Source of the DNA: an uncultured Gammaproteobacteria bacterium
GTDB taxonomy: Bacteria; Pseudomonadota; Gammaproteobacteria; GCA-001735895
Length of the DNA stretch: 64,000 nucleotides
Assembly (NCBI GenBank): GCA_964194715.1
Contig: CAXMNA010000011.1
Coordinates: 45,497-109,496, forward strand
Direction of reading: 5' to 3'
The position numbers and the translations under genes were made by a program. Below the pieces are notes generated by a model. It saw only the letters and a program-made list of their open reading frames with translations, was not told where the DNA came from and did no database searches. Each line of letters begins with the position of its first letter. Position 1 is the first letter of the stretch. Shown piece after piece: positions 8,396-19,230 of this stretch.

Positions 8396-10834
8396 ATGTC
8401 AGACAATCAAAACAACTTGCTCGCAGAACAACAGGACAGGCAACTGATCCCGGTTTTGCCGCTGCGTGATGTGGTCGTGTATCCACACATGGTAATTCCC
8501 CTTTTTGTCGGTCGTGAAAAATCGATTCTCGCGCTCGAAGCCGCTATGGCCGATAACAAGAAGATTCTGTTGCTGGCGCAGAAAAATGCTGAAGTCGATG
8601 ACCCTGGACAGAAAGACCTCTACCAGATTGGAACCCTGTCGACTATTCTGCAAATGCTCAAACTGCCCGACGGTACTATCAAGGTTCTGGTAGAGGGTGG
8701 TGATAGAGTGTCTGTAGAAAGCTTGCTAGAAACCAACGAATATTATTCCGCCGCGACCAAAATGCTAGAGAAATCGGGCCTCGTGGATGATCGCGAAGCT
8801 GAAGTATTGCTGCGTTCAGTACTTAATTTGTTCGATCAGTATGTAAAATTGAACAAGAAAGTGCCGCCCGAAATCCTGACTTCGTTGTCGGGCATTGATG
8901 ACCCCAGTAGGCTGGCGGACACAATCGCAGCACATATGTCATTAAAGCTGGATGAGAAGCAGGAAATTCTTGAGATCCAGGATCCACGAGAACGCATCGA
9001 ACATATCATGAGCAAGATCGAAGGCGAAATCGATTTGATGCAAATCGAGAAACGCATACGTGGGCGTGTCAAGCAGCAAATGGAGAAGAGCCAACGCGAG
9101 TACTACTTGAATGAGCAGATGAAAGCAATTCAAAAAGAACTCGGCGATATGGACGACGCACCCAATGAAATCGAAGATCTACAAAAGAAAATTGAAGAGT
9201 CGGGAATGCCAAAAGAAGCGCGCGAAAAGGCCGACTCCGAGCTTAACAAGCTAAAGATGATGTCACCGATGTCAGCCGAGGCTACCGTAGTGCGCAACTA
9301 TATCGATTGGCTGGTTAGTGTTCCCTGGAAAAAGAAATCGAAAATCAGACGCGATCTAGCACAGGCTGAAAAGGTCCTGGAAGAAGATCATTATGGCCTG
9401 GAGAAAGTCAAGGAACGGATCCTCGAATACCTCGCTGTCCAGCAACGGGTGCGCAAACTTAAAGGTCCTATCTTGTGCTTGGTGGGTCCGCCGGGCGTCG
9501 GTAAAACTTCGGTCGGTCGCTCGATTGCCCGGGCTACCAATCGCAAGTTCTCCCGCATGTCGCTGGGCGGTGTGCGTGATGAGTCTGAAATTCGAGGGCA
9601 TCGCCGTACCTATATCGGTTCAATGCCAGGTAAGATTATTCAAAACCTTGCGCGCGTAAAAGTTAGAAATCCCCTGTTTCTGCTTGATGAAATAGACAAG
9701 ATGGCAATGGATTTTAGAGGCGATCCAGCGTCGGCCTTGCTCGCAGTGCTCGATCCAGAGCAAAACAATACGTTTGCAGATCATTATATGGAGGTCGAAT
9801 TCGACCTTTCCGATACCATGTTTGTGGCGACTTCAAATAGTATGAATATTCCGGGGCCCCTGCTCGATCGTATGGAAGTCATTCGCATCCCGGGTTATAC
9901 CGAGGATGAGAAGTTGAATATCGCGATCAAGTACCTGGTTCCTAAGCAAATCAAGGAAAATGGCTTGAAGCCGGAAGAGGTTGCGTTTCAGCAAAGCGCG
10001 GTGCTTGAAATTATCCAGCGCTATACGCGGGAAGCTGGCGTGCGTAATCTCGAACGTGAAATTTCTAAAATTTGCCGCAAAGCTGTAAAAGCCATGCTGT
10101 TGAAACCGAGCACCAGGAAATTGACAATCACCTCGCAAAATATCGAAAAGTATCTTGGTGTGAAACGTTTCCGCTTCGGCTCCGCCGACGAAAAGGATCA
10201 AGTTGGACAGGTAACCGGGCTTGCCTGGACCGAGGTTGGTGGAGAATTGTTAACTATTGAATCTGCGGTGGTCGAAGGTAAAGGTAAATTTGTTCAGACC
10301 GGGCAACTGGGTGATGTAATGAAGGAGTCGATTCAGGCTGCTATGACAGTGGTGCGCAGTCGTGCTGAAATTCTGGGAGTTAATCCTGATTTCAACGAAA
10401 ACAAGGATATTCACATCCATGTACCCGAGGGTGCCACTCCAAAAGATGGCCCAAGCGCCGGTGTTGGCATGTGCACGGCATTGGTCTCGGCGCTGACCGA
10501 AATACCGGTAAAAGCCGATGTCGCGATGACAGGGGAAATAACGCTGCGAGGCGAGATTTTGCCAATCGGTGGATTGAAAGAAAAATTGCTTGCAGCTCAC
10601 CGGGGTGGTATCAGCAAAGTCCTGATTCCGCAGGAAAACGAAAAAGATCTTGCAGAAATCCCCGATAATATCAAAGCCAAACTTAAAATAATTCCGGTAC
10701 GCTGGATCGATCAAGTGCTTGAGGTTGCACTTGCCCATCAACCGACTCCTTTACCCAAGGGTTCGGAGGCAGCTGGTGAGGCTCCAAAGCCGAAAGTTAA
10801 AGATAAAAAGTCTTCTGGAGTCAGGGCGCACTAG
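8396..10834 (+). CDS. lon: Lon protease
   Basis: 812 aa with Walker A GPPGVGKT and the protease active-site context PKDGPSAG. Confidence 0.96.
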   Translation: MSDNQNNLLAEQQDRQLIPVLPLRDVVVYPHMVIPLFVGREKSILALEAAMADNKKILLLAQKNAEVDDPGQKDLYQIGTLSTILQMLKLPDGTIKVLVEGGDRVSVESLLETNEYYSAATKMLEKSGLVDDREAEVLLRSVLNLFDQYVKLNKKVPPEILTSLSGIDDPSRLADTIAAHMSLKLDEKQEILEIQDPRERIEHIMSKIEGEIDLMQIEKRIRGRVKQQMEKSQREYYLNEQMKAIQKELGDMDDAPNEIEDLQKKIEESGMPKEAREKADSELNKLKMMSPMSAEATVVRNYIDWLVSVPWKKKSKIRRDLAQAEKVLEEDHYGLEKVKERILEYLAVQQRVRKLKGPILCLVGPPGVGKTSVGRSIARATNRKFSRMSLGGVRDESEIRGHRRTYIGSMPGKIIQNLARVKVRNPLFLLDEIDKMAMDFRGDPASALLAVLDPEQNNTFADHYMEVEFDLSDTMFVATSNSMNIPGPLLDRMEVIRIPGYTEDEKLNIAIKYLVPKQIKENGLKPEEVAFQQSAVLEIIQRYTREAGVRNLEREISKICRKAVKAMLLKPSTRKLTITSQNIEKYLGVKRFRFGSADEKDQVGQVTGLAWTEVGGELLTIESAVVEGKGKFVQTGQLGDVMKESIQAAMTVVRSRAEILGVNPDFNENKDIHIHVPEGATPKDGPSAGVGMCTALVSALTEIPVKADVAMTGEITLRGEILPIGGLKEKLLAAHRGGISKVLIPQENEKDLAEIPDNIKAKLKIIPVRWIDQVLEVALAHQPTPLPKGSEAAGEAPKPKVKDKKSSGVRAH

Positions 10835-10883
10835 TCGATTGTGTAAATAATGCGACTTATTTTAAGTTTTTGACCAATTAAGG

Positions 10884-10912
10884 TTGACCCTAAAGGCCGC
10901 TGTTGGTTTAAT
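10884..10912 (+). promoter_or_regulatory. candidate sigma70 promoter of hupB
   Basis: TTGACC (10884-10889), a 17-nt spacer, then TTTAAT (10907-10912). Confidence 0.35.
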
Positions 10913-11054
10913 CCTACGCTCTGGACGGGGATTCCACGATCATAAAAAAAAGGATCGTAACCTGCAATGATAGCAGGCGAGATTGGGGCTTGTGTTGCCG
11001 TCCGCCCTTCGGGCTAAAAAAAGATATATCAACTTAACCAAATGGAAAAATCTA

Positions 11055-11327
11055 ATGAATAAATCCGAATTAATTGATGGTGTTGCAAGTGCTGCAGATT
11101 TAAGTAAAGCTGACGCTTCGCGCGCGGTGGATGGGGTAATTGCTACAATTACACAGGCTCTTAAATCTGGAAATCAGGTAACCGTTGTTGGCTTTGGAAC
11201 ATTCCTCGTTCGCCACCGCGATGCACGTGCCGGACGCAATCCACGCACTGGGGAAACCATCCAGATTAAAGCATCAAATGTACCCGCATTTAAGGCTGGC
11301 AAAGCCCTAAAGGACGCTGTAAACTAG
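11055..11327 (+). CDS. hupB: DNA-binding protein HU-beta
   Basis: 90 aa starting [10 protein letters not shown], with the HU arm motif GRNPRTGE. The longer track ORF (10983) starts at an upstream alternative codon. Confidence 0.93.
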   Translation: MNKSELIDGVASAADLSKADASRAVDGVIATITQALKSGNQVTVVGFGTFLVRHRDARAGRNPRTGETIQIKASNVPAFKAGKALKDAVN

Positions 11328-11348
11328 CGCACCATTTTTAGCTACACT

Positions 11349-11424
11349 GGGTGCTTAGCTCAGCTGGGAGAGCATCGCCCTTACAAGGCGAGGGTCGGCG
11401 GTTCGATCCCGTCAGCACCCACCA
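11349..11424 (+). tRNA. tRNA-Val (anticodon UAC)
   Basis: Acceptor GGGTGCT/AGCACCC, anticodon stem TCGCC/GGCGA with loop CTTACAA, T-arm GGCGGTTCGATCCCGTC, and CCA. Confidence 0.93.
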
Positions 11425-11432
11425 CACAATCA

Positions 11433-11509
11433 GGAGTGGTAGTTCAGTTGGTTAGAATACCGGCCTGTCACGCCGGGGGTCGCGGGTTCGAGTCCCGTCC
11501 ACTCCGCCA
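11433..11509 (+). tRNA. tRNA-Asp (anticodon GUC)
   Basis: Acceptor GGAGTGG/CCACTCC, anticodon stem CCGGC/GCCGG with loop CTGTCAC, T-arm CGCGGGTTCGAGTCCCGTC, and CCA. Confidence 0.93.
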
Positions 11510-11574
11510 TCATTGAAAGCGCTCGATTTGAGTGCATCGGCGGGATGGCACCTTCAATAGTGACGATAAGTTAG

Positions 11575-13455
11575 ATGCTGCAAGCAATTCGAGACAAGGT
11601 AACGGGATGGATTGCCTACGGCATCATCCTCATGATCAGTATTCCATTTGCTCTATGGGGGGTTAATTCCTACCTGGGTGGTGGCGAAGTCATGCCGGCC
11701 GCAACAGTTAACGGCGAGGAAATCAGTTTACGCGATCTTGATCAGGCATACGCAAACTATCGTCAAAGATTGTCACAACTGTTCGGTGGCACGATTCCCG
11801 AGACTTTTGGTGATGAATCGATATTGAGAGGCCAGGTTCTTGGTCAATTAATCGAAGAATTCGCGCTGCGCCAATATACTGAAAAACAACGTTATCGTAT
11901 CGGTGATGACGAATTGAATCAGATCATTCGCAGGATGGATGTATTTCAAAGTGATGGCCAATTCGATACCGGAATTTACCAATCTCAATTGCGTTCTCTA
12001 GGTTATTCTCCACTTGGTTTCGAACAGGAACTTAGACGTAACGGCTCGATCGAGCAGTTTCAGAATGGAATCCGCTCTACTGCTTTTATCACACCGGGAA
12101 CTGAAAAGCAGTTCACCAAGCTAAGCAATCAATCACGCAAGGTCAGGTCATTGACCTACAAAGTAGATTTGACCTCAATCCAAACCGATGCTGCGGAAAT
12201 CGAACAGCATTACCAATCCCAGGCGGCTCGATATCGTACCCAGGATAAAGTAAAAATCGATTATATCGAGTTAAGCCTCGACAGTATAAAGAGCAGTATT
12301 GATGTCAGAGCTGACGATGTCTATGCACGTTACCAGGAAAACCAGGCGACCTACACCAGTGCCGAGATCAGGGAAGCTAGCCACATATTGATCAAGTCTA
12401 AGGATGACGAGCAAGTCGACCAGGCGCTTACAAGGATAAGAGAAATTCGTCAACGCATCGTTAACGGTGAAAGCTTTGCCGACCTGGCCCGCGAGTTTTC
12501 TGAAGACCCGGGGTCGGCCAATAACGGTGGTAATCTAGGAGAGATAGAACGCGGAGTCATGGTACAAACTTTTGAAGCGGCGTTGTATTCAATGCAGGTC
12601 GATCAATTAAGCGAACCAGTAAAAACTGCATTTGGTTGGCACTTAATTAATTTGCATTCGATTAGCGGGGGTGAGACGCAATCCTTCGAGTCGCTAAAAT
12701 CGAGTCTCGAAGACGAAATAAAAACCGAGCTTGCCGAGAACCAGATTTATGATCTTGTCGAGAATCTGGCAAATCTCGTATACGAACAACCGGATTCTTT
12801 GATACCGGCTGCTGAGCAGTTGGAATTATCGATACAGACCAGCGACTGGTTCGATCGATTTACAGGTGACGGCATTGGCGCTGAAGAAAAAATACGGCAG
12901 TTTGCATTTACTCCGGAAGTGCTAACACAAGGGCTCAATAGTGAAGCAATCGAACTTGGCAATGATCGCGTCGTGTTTCTGCGTCTCAACCAATATGAAC
13001 CAGCTGCGCTTCAACCGCTGGAGCAGGTGCGGGAGGTGGTTAAATCCGAATTGATTCAAACTAAAGCCCAAGAGCAAAGCCGTAAAGCTGGCATGGATGC
13101 ACTTACGGACTTAAAATCAGGTAAAGGGCTCGATGACTTGGCTCAGGAATGGTCATCGACGATCAGTGATTTCGATTTTATTCAACGTAACCAATCTGAG
13201 ATTGATGTGGCGCTTCTCAGCCGGGCCTTTTCCATGCCAAAACCTGATCAGGGGCTAGTTTTTGATGGTTTTTCATCGCCTAACGGTGAGTACGTAGTGC
13301 TTGAGTTATCAGCTGTGCTATCGAACGATGCGAGTGTCGATCGAGAGGCGCTTGAGAAGTTTGCTGAAGCACAGGGTAATTCCGAGTACCAGTCTGTCTT
13401 AAAACTACTAACCAGTAGTGCTGATGTAATTAGAACGCCAGCAGAAGACCTGTAA
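11575..13455 (+). CDS. ppiD: periplasmic chaperone / peptidyl-prolyl isomerase PpiD
   Basis: 626 aa with an N-terminal TM helix (GWIAYGIILMISIPFALWGV) and a central parvulin-like segment (ASHILIK..., FGWHLINL). Conserved position after hupB. Confidence 0.88.
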   Translation: MLQAIRDKVTGWIAYGIILMISIPFALWGVNSYLGGGEVMPAATVNGEEISLRDLDQAYANYRQRLSQLFGGTIPETFGDESILRGQVLGQLIEEFALRQYTEKQRYRIGDDELNQIIRRMDVFQSDGQFDTGIYQSQLRSLGYSPLGFEQELRRNGSIEQFQNGIRSTAFITPGTEKQFTKLSNQSRKVRSLTYKVDLTSIQTDAAEIEQHYQSQAARYRTQDKVKIDYIELSLDSIKSSIDVRADDVYARYQENQATYTSAEIREASHILIKSKDDEQVDQALTRIREIRQRIVNGESFADLAREFSEDPGSANNGGNLGEIERGVMVQTFEAALYSMQVDQLSEPVKTAFGWHLINLHSISGGETQSFESLKSSLEDEIKTELAENQIYDLVENLANLVYEQPDSLIPAAEQLELSIQTSDWFDRFTGDGIGAEEKIRQFAFTPEVLTQGLNSEAIELGNDRVVFLRLNQYEPAALQPLEQVREVVKSELIQTKAQEQSRKAGMDALTDLKSGKGLDDLAQEWSSTISDFDFIQRNQSEIDVALLSRAFSMPKPDQGLVFDGFSSPNGEYVVLELSAVLSNDASVDREALEKFAEAQGNSEYQSVLKLLTSSADVIRTPAEDL

Positions 13456-13470
13456 ACACCTATCCGCTAA

Positions 13471-14256
13471 TTACTCGAGCACGCCCATGCTGACGATATT
13501 GTAGCCAGAGTCGACATATATATTTTCCCCGGTGATTCCAGCTGCTAGATCTGAACACAAAAAAGCGCCGGTATTCCCTACATCTTCGATAGTAACATTG
13601 CGCCGAAGTGGCGCGTTCGCGCTGACCTCGTCGAGAATTTTCTTGAAGCTCCCGATTCCTGCGGAGGCAAGGGTTTTGATAGGACCCGCCGAGATTGAAT
13701 TTACTCGAATTCCTTGAGGACCAAGGGCCGCGGCTAGATAACGAACATTGGCCTCTAGACTGGCCTTGGCGACACCCATGATGTTGTAGTTAGGTAACGC
13801 TCGTTCCGAACCTAGATAAGTCATGGTGATTATCGAACCGTTGGTATTTTGCATCATTGGCCTTGCAGCCTTGGCCATTCCTGCGAGGCTGTACGAGCTA
13901 ATATCGTGCGCGATGCGAAATCCTTCTCGATCAAGGTTTTCTAGATAGTCCCCATCCAAGGCTTCGCGCGGCGCGAATGCAACCGAGTGCACCAGTGCAT
14001 CAAGTTTGTCCCAGCGCGTCGCTAACTGTTTGAACAGGGAAGATATTTCATCGTCACTGGCGACATCGCATGGCAATACGATATCGGATTCAAATTCAGC
14101 AGCAAATTTTTCCACCCTTGGTTTAAGCCTGTCATTGGCATAACTGAAGGCTAGTTCAGCACCTTCGCGATGCATCGCCTGTGCGATTCCAAAGGCAATC
14201 GAACGGTTACTAGCGATACCCACGATGAGTGCTTTTTTACCGGCTAGAAATCCCAT
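13471..14256 (-). CDS. fabI: enoyl-ACP reductase (NADH)
   Basis: 261 aa with N-terminal [11 protein letters not shown] and the catalytic Tyr/Lys context [15 protein letters not shown]. Confidence 0.93.
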   Translation of the reverse strand: MGFLAGKKALIVGIASNRSIAFGIAQAMHREGAELAFSYANDRLKPRVEKFAAEFESDIVLPCDVASDDEISSLFKQLATRWDKLDALVHSVAFAPREALDGDYLENLDREGFRIAHDISSYSLAGMAKAARPMMQNTNGSIITMTYLGSERALPNYNIMGVAKASLEANVRYLAAALGPQGIRVNSISAGPIKTLASAGIGSFKKILDEVSANAPLRRNVTIEDVGNTGAFLCSDLAAGITGENIYVDSGYNIVSMGVLE

Positions 14257-14370
14257 TGCTTCTCCCGAAAAATGAAAGCCATTTTGTCAGCCTCCAACGC
14301 TTCATGCAATCCCAAACTTGGCCGATCGAGTATCGATATATCTAAGGGCGATTAATCTCGCTAAGCACGG

Positions 14371-14790
14371 CTAGTCGGAGCTGAATAGATTTACCAGTAG
14401 GTCTGGAAGAAATGGTCGTCCTCTTTGGTTTAATGAAGTTCCGGTAATTATAGCTGCGAGCATTAAAGTTTCGTCAGGAAGGCGAAAAATATCCTGTTTG
14501 AACTCGAAGCGGACCCTCGACACCTGTCGAACCAAACTGCGCACGACAAAATGGTCATTACTGACCAGTGAGTTTTTATAATCCAATTCTGCCCTGATGA
14601 CGACCAGGTTAACACCAGCGGCTGTTACTTCGGCAAAATTGATGCCACGAGATTGCAAGAACTCATGGCGTGCGTGTTCCAGATAATTCTGGTAAACACC
14701 GTTATTGACTACGCCTTGTATATCGCATTCGTAATCGCGAACCTTGAATTCGAATTCATGGGCGTATTGCATAGCTTTGTGCGAGTTCAT
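14371..14790 (-). CDS. hotdog-fold acyl-CoA thioesterase (4HBT/YbgC-like)
   Basis: 139 aa. The N-terminal motif VRDYECDIQGVVNNGVYQNYLEHAR matches the YbgC-type catalytic Asp region. Confidence 0.75.
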   Translation of the reverse strand: MNSHKAMQYAHEFEFKVRDYECDIQGVVNNGVYQNYLEHARHEFLQSRGINFAEVTAAGVNLVVIRAELDYKNSLVSNDHFVVRSLVRQVSRVRFEFKQDIFRLPDETLMLAAIITGTSLNQRGRPFLPDLLVNLFSSD

Positions 14791-14909
14791 GTGGACTGCA
14801 TGTTGCCATACTAAGCGGTCGAGTCAACATTGAATACAGGTCAAGAAAATCTGCGAAAACGGTTGCATTTATTTTAAATGATGTCAGTAATTGTAATTCT
14901 GATAATTAA

Positions 14910-16169
14910 ATGTTGCTGAAACAAAATACGATGAATCTTTCAGATTTTGGCGAGCGATTTCGCGGTTACTCCGGAATTACTCATTTAATGGACGATTTGG
15001 CGGAAGGGCTTGCTCAGCCTGGGATGGTAATGCTGGGGGGAGGTAATCCTGCGGCGATACCAGAAGTCATGTCGGTTTTCGAAGCTGTGATCGATAAGCT
15101 GCAAAAATCGGGCAAGTTGGTTGAAACGCTCGCCAATTATGATGGCCCGCAGGGTAAAAGTGTGTTTATTGAGACGCTCGCCGAGTTTTTTCGACAACAA
15201 TACGGCTGGAAAATAAGTAGTAAGAATATAGCGTTAACTCATGGTAGTCAGAGTTCATTTTATATCCTCTTTAATTCATTCGCCGGTAAATCCGGTTCGA
15301 CACAAAAACGGGTTTTGATACCGCTAGTCCCTGAATACATTGGCTACTGTGACGTTGGTGTCGAAGAAGGCCTGATTACCAGTCAAGAGGCCAGGATTCA
15401 ACAACTGGGTGAGGGATTTTTTAAATACCAGATTGATTTTGAGAATTTGCAAGTTGACGAAAAAGTTGGCTTGATCTGTGTCTCACGACCTACCAATCCA
15501 AGCGGCAACGTATTAACTGATGATGAGTGTCAGCAGCTAGATAACATAGCACGTCGACACGACACTCCGTTGCTTATTGATAATGCCTACGGCACACCGT
15601 TTCCGAATATCATTTTCAACAAAGTTAATCCTTTCTGGAATGATAACTGTATCGTTTGCATGAGCTTGTCCAAGCTGGGGTTACCCGGTGCCCGCACCGG
15701 TATCGTGATTGCCAATGAAGAGATTATTCGCTATTTCGCAAATATGACTGCGATAACCAGTCTCGCACCGGCCGGCATTGGTGCGGAAATCGTAAACTAC
15801 CTGATCACCGAAAATGCCTTGTTACCGCTTTGCCACGATCTTATCCGACCTTTTTATAAGCGACGCTCTGAATTAGCAGTGCGTTTGATACGTGAGGCGA
15901 TCGGTGACTCTAGATTGCATATCCATAAACCTGAAGGGTCGATATTTCTCTGGTTGTGGTTCGAGGGTCTAAGCATAACTACAAGTGAACTTTATCAACG
16001 ATTAAAAAGGCAGGGATTGCTGGTAGTGCCAGGAAAATACTTCTTTCCTGGTCAGGCCACCGCTACCGATCATGCTGAAAGCTGTGTACGCATGAGCTAT
16101 GCCCAGAGCGAGCAGGATTTGGAGAAGGGAGTAAAAATACTGGCCCATGAGTTAAAAGCCTGTTGGTAA
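14910..16169 (+). CDS. avtA: valine--pyruvate (alanine-valine) aminotransferase
   Basis: Colinear with E. coli AvtA as I remember it (GGGNPA, YDGPQGK, SRPTNPSGNV, SLSKLGLPG, HKPEGSIFLWLWF). The start may be the internal MNLSDFG. Confidence 0.85.
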   Translation: MLLKQNTMNLSDFGERFRGYSGITHLMDDLAEGLAQPGMVMLGGGNPAAIPEVMSVFEAVIDKLQKSGKLVETLANYDGPQGKSVFIETLAEFFRQQYGWKISSKNIALTHGSQSSFYILFNSFAGKSGSTQKRVLIPLVPEYIGYCDVGVEEGLITSQEARIQQLGEGFFKYQIDFENLQVDEKVGLICVSRPTNPSGNVLTDDECQQLDNIARRHDTPLLIDNAYGTPFPNIIFNKVNPFWNDNCIVCMSLSKLGLPGARTGIVIANEEIIRYFANMTAITSLAPAGIGAEIVNYLITENALLPLCHDLIRPFYKRRSELAVRLIREAIGDSRLHIHKPEGSIFLWLWFEGLSITTSELYQRLKRQGLLVVPGKYFFPGQATATDHAESCVRMSYAQSEQDLEKGVKILAHELKACW

Positions 16170-16186
16170 TATGTTCTTATTTGGAT

Positions 16187-18418
16187 CTACTTCGAGGTGT
16201 GTGTAAACACGCCGTCCCAGTCCTCTCCCGGAGGCTCGCTGCGATAAAACGCGACCCGATCAAGGTATACCTGATACAGTAGGCGATTGGGATTTGCGCG
16301 AGTTAAATTGAAGAAATCCAATTCCGCTTTATCCCAGGATTGGGCTCGAAAATTCCTCAATGCTCTCTTGTAGTCGGTGAGCTCCGATGTCACCGCTTTC
16401 TCGAGGTCGTTCTTGTGACCGATTGGTTCAAATATGGCAACTGGTTCATTCTTACCCTTGACCCGAACCAGGTCGAGCTCGCGAAAAACGAACTCGGGTA
16501 TTTCGGCCTTGGTGGTTTCACTAACAATGATGTTGACGCCATAGTTTTTAGTTAAACCTTCGAGTCGAGAGCCAAGGTTGACTGCGTCACCGAGTACGGT
16601 GTAAGCCATACGAAACTCTGATCCCATGTTGCCAACATTCATGTTACCGGTGTTTAGTCCAATACCGATATTTACCTCGGGCCAGCCACGTTGCTCAAAT
16701 TCTTCTTGCATGGTCTTTAATTCGTCCATCATTTCCATTGCGGCATACAATGCGTGTCTGGCGTGTTCTGAGTCGGCAAGCGGTGCCCCCCAAAATGACA
16801 TAATTGCATCACCCATGTACTTGTCGATGGTGCCGCGATTTTTATGAATCACGCGGGTCATTGGAGTTAGCAGCGCATTCATCAACTGAGTTAATTGCTT
16901 GGGATCCATGCCCTCCGAAATGGAGGTGAATCCTCGCACATCGGAGAATAAAACCGTCATTTCGCGATTTTCGCCTTCGAGTGAGTATTCTTGCGGAGAT
17001 TCGCTCATCTCATCAACCAACTCGGGCGGGATGTAGTGACCGAACAGTTTGGCTAGCTGTCGTTTTCCACGGGACTCGATGAAAAAACCATAAGTCATAT
17101 GTAGCATGAATATCAACACGATTAACAGCATCGGGCTTGCCAGCGGCAGGATCAAATTGCTGTTCCAGGCGATGAAAGTTCCGACCAGGACCATCCCAGA
17201 AAACCCGAATGCGCCTGCCGCAGCAAGTAACGGTGAAACGAGGGGGAGTAACAAGGCCATACTGACAGCTAAAACTACCAGTAAGACGAATTCGTAACCC
17301 ACAGTCCATGCCGGTTTGTGTTTCATACGGTTGTCAAGAATGCCGGAAATAATATTAGCGTGGACTTCAACTCCGGGATAAATGTTCTGTACCGGGGTCG
17401 AGCGCAAATCGAGAAGGCCCGGTGCCGTGGTGCCGATCAGAACAATCTTTCCCTTCAGCCGATCAGCGTTAGCCTTTCCGCTGAGAATTTTGTGTGCAGG
17501 TATATAGGGGAAACTGCCTTGCTTGCCCCGATAGGGGACGAATACTGCACCGTTGGCGTCAACCGGTATACGAAAATCTTTAACATTGATGGTTTCAAGT
17601 GCGTAGTATTCCTGACCACCTTTCGCTCCCTCGGTTTCGATCTCCAAATTAATCTCGTCAGCATCAAGATGTCTCTGCGCAGTGGCCAGAGCAAGTGAAG
17701 CAAACAGGTAACCTTGATAAGCCTGCACCAACGGGACGCGCCGAAAAACACCGTCGGCATCGACATAAGGATTATCAAAGTATCCTCCGGATTTGGCTGA
17801 CGCCTGCAGTATCTCGAGATTGCCGCCGTAGCCTGCAGCTCTGTTAATTGGCAAGCGTTCGCTCCATTGCACGTCCATTTTGGTTAGTGCAGGTGGTAGC
17901 GACCCGGTTACGCCAGTCTCTCCTTCCTGCAAGTTGGGTTTAAAGTAATAACCCAGGACTAAATTTTTGCCGATCAGGCTATCGGCAAAAATATCATCAT
18001 GCATCAGGCTTGGGCGAATCCTTTCCAATTCCGCCAGGTATTTTGAATTGTTACTTAGTGTGGTACGTGCCAGCTGCTCAAATTGTTCCAGGCCAGAACT
18101 CTCGTCCTTTTCGGCAAATACGATATCAAAGCCGACAACATCGACCTGGTAAAGCCCAAACAGGTTTTCGACAATCGTCGCTAACTTGTCTCGACCCCAG
18201 GGCCAGCGGCCGACCTCGGCTAAAGAGTTTTCGTCGATATCAACGATAACTACACGATCGTCAATTGTGTCGAGACGGGTAAAATTGAGCCTCGCGTCGT
18301 AGGTCCAATTCTCCAGCTGCTTGATAAAGGGGTATTTATATAAGCCCGATGTGTTGACTAAGAGTACCGCGAGGATTAATGCGCTAAGAATTAATCTTAC
18401 TATGCGCTGAAGTCGCAT
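16187..18418 (-). CDS. membrane-bound class III adenylate cyclase with periplasmic CHASE2 sensor domain
   Basis: 743 aa. An N-terminal TM helix is followed by a CHASE2-like region (VVIVDIDENSLAEVGRWPWGRDKL), a multi-TM block, and a cyclase domain (VLFSDVRGFTS, IDKYMGDAIM, VLGDAVNLGSRLE). The Lys/Asp specificity pair predicts ATP as substrate. Confidence 0.88.
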   Translation of the reverse strand: MRLQRIVRLILSALILAVLLVNTSGLYKYPFIKQLENWTYDARLNFTRLDTIDDRVVIVDIDENSLAEVGRWPWGRDKLATIVENLFGLYQVDVVGFDIVFAEKDESSGLEQFEQLARTTLSNNSKYLAELERIRPSLMHDDIFADSLIGKNLVLGYYFKPNLQEGETGVTGSLPPALTKMDVQWSERLPINRAAGYGGNLEILQASAKSGGYFDNPYVDADGVFRRVPLVQAYQGYLFASLALATAQRHLDADEINLEIETEGAKGGQEYYALETINVKDFRIPVDANGAVFVPYRGKQGSFPYIPAHKILSGKANADRLKGKIVLIGTTAPGLLDLRSTPVQNIYPGVEVHANIISGILDNRMKHKPAWTVGYEFVLLVVLAVSMALLLPLVSPLLAAAGAFGFSGMVLVGTFIAWNSNLILPLASPMLLIVLIFMLHMTYGFFIESRGKRQLAKLFGHYIPPELVDEMSESPQEYSLEGENREMTVLFSDVRGFTSISEGMDPKQLTQLMNALLTPMTRVIHKNRGTIDKYMGDAIMSFWGAPLADSEHARHALYAAMEMMDELKTMQEEFEQRGWPEVNIGIGLNTGNMNVGNMGSEFRMAYTVLGDAVNLGSRLEGLTKNYGVNIIVSETTKAEIPEFVFRELDLVRVKGKNEPVAIFEPIGHKNDLEKAVTSELTDYKRALRNFRAQSWDKAELDFFNLTRANPNRLLYQVYLDRVAFYRSEPPGEDWDGVFTHTSK

Positions 18419-18462
18419 TGCTTGCTCCCGGGATTAAATTCGGACGAGCAGTCAGTGGGATA

Positions 18463-19185
18463 TTATTTAAGGTAAAACTCCATTTTTACACCAGCGACTT
18501 CGATAATGTCGTGGCTCTTTAGTTCGTGGGCGTTAGACCCGATCGGTGAACCACCGACTTTTGGAACGCTGTTGTTAGGGCCACCATCGACGTGAATCAG
18601 AAAGAATCCCTGGGGACGTCGGGTTATAGCAGCAACCTGCACCCCCGGCTGACCGATGGTAGTCAATGCCTTGGTAAGTATCAGTTCCTTACCAGCGTTA
18701 GCACCACTTAACAGTTGTAAACATGCTTCCCTGTGGGCCATCGGTGATGCCGCAGTGGTAGCAGCCTCAGAAGCAATCGCCGCCGATATTTTCTGTACTG
18801 ATTTATCGATTTCCCTGCCACCAGCTTCCTCGGGCATTCCAGCTTCGCCCGGGCGAATAATCATAGTTTGTTCGAAATCCTGTTCGCCAGTACCAGAATT
18901 ACTTTGGTAAATTATTTGATACTTGCCCAAAGTAATATTGTCACCATGCTCAAGTGCATGTTTCTTGACTAACTTGCCATTGACGTAGGTTCCGTTGGTG
19001 CTGCCAAGATCTTCAAGAAACGAGTCTTCAAGTATGGTAATGACCTGAGCATGTCTACCACTGACCGACAGGTTGTCGATCTGGATATCATTACCCGGCT
19101 TACGGCCAATAGTTGTTGTTTCATTGACCAATTCGAACTCGGTTTTATCGCCCGTGCTTGATGTCGTGATCAGTTTTGCGACCAT
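18463..19185 (-). CDS. FHA-domain protein (N-terminal canonical FHA, C-terminal FHA-like domain)
   Basis: TIGRKPGNDIQIDNLSVSGRHAQV...STNGTYVNG is a canonical FHA core. The C-terminal ~90 aa (TTIGQPGVQVAAI...HDIIEVAGVKMEF) looks like a second, degenerate FHA. Confidence 0.85.
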   Translation of the reverse strand: MVAKLITTSSTGDKTEFELVNETTTIGRKPGNDIQIDNLSVSGRHAQVITILEDSFLEDLGSTNGTYVNGKLVKKHALEHGDNITLGKYQIIYQSNSGTGEQDFEQTMIIRPGEAGMPEEAGGREIDKSVQKISAAIASEAATTAASPMAHREACLQLLSGANAGKELILTKALTTIGQPGVQVAAITRRPQGFFLIHVDGGPNNSVPKVGGSPIGSNAHELKSHDIIEVAGVKMEFYLK

Positions 19186-19230
19186 GTTAGTATCTAGCCT
19201 CTAGAGTATGTTTCTACTAGGTGTAATCCG

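Noticed and set aside
10983-11054. N-terminal 24-codon extension of hupB in the ORF track.
   Set aside because: HU proteins are ~90 aa and begin MNKSEL. The extension starts at an alternative codon and overlaps the leader hairpins.
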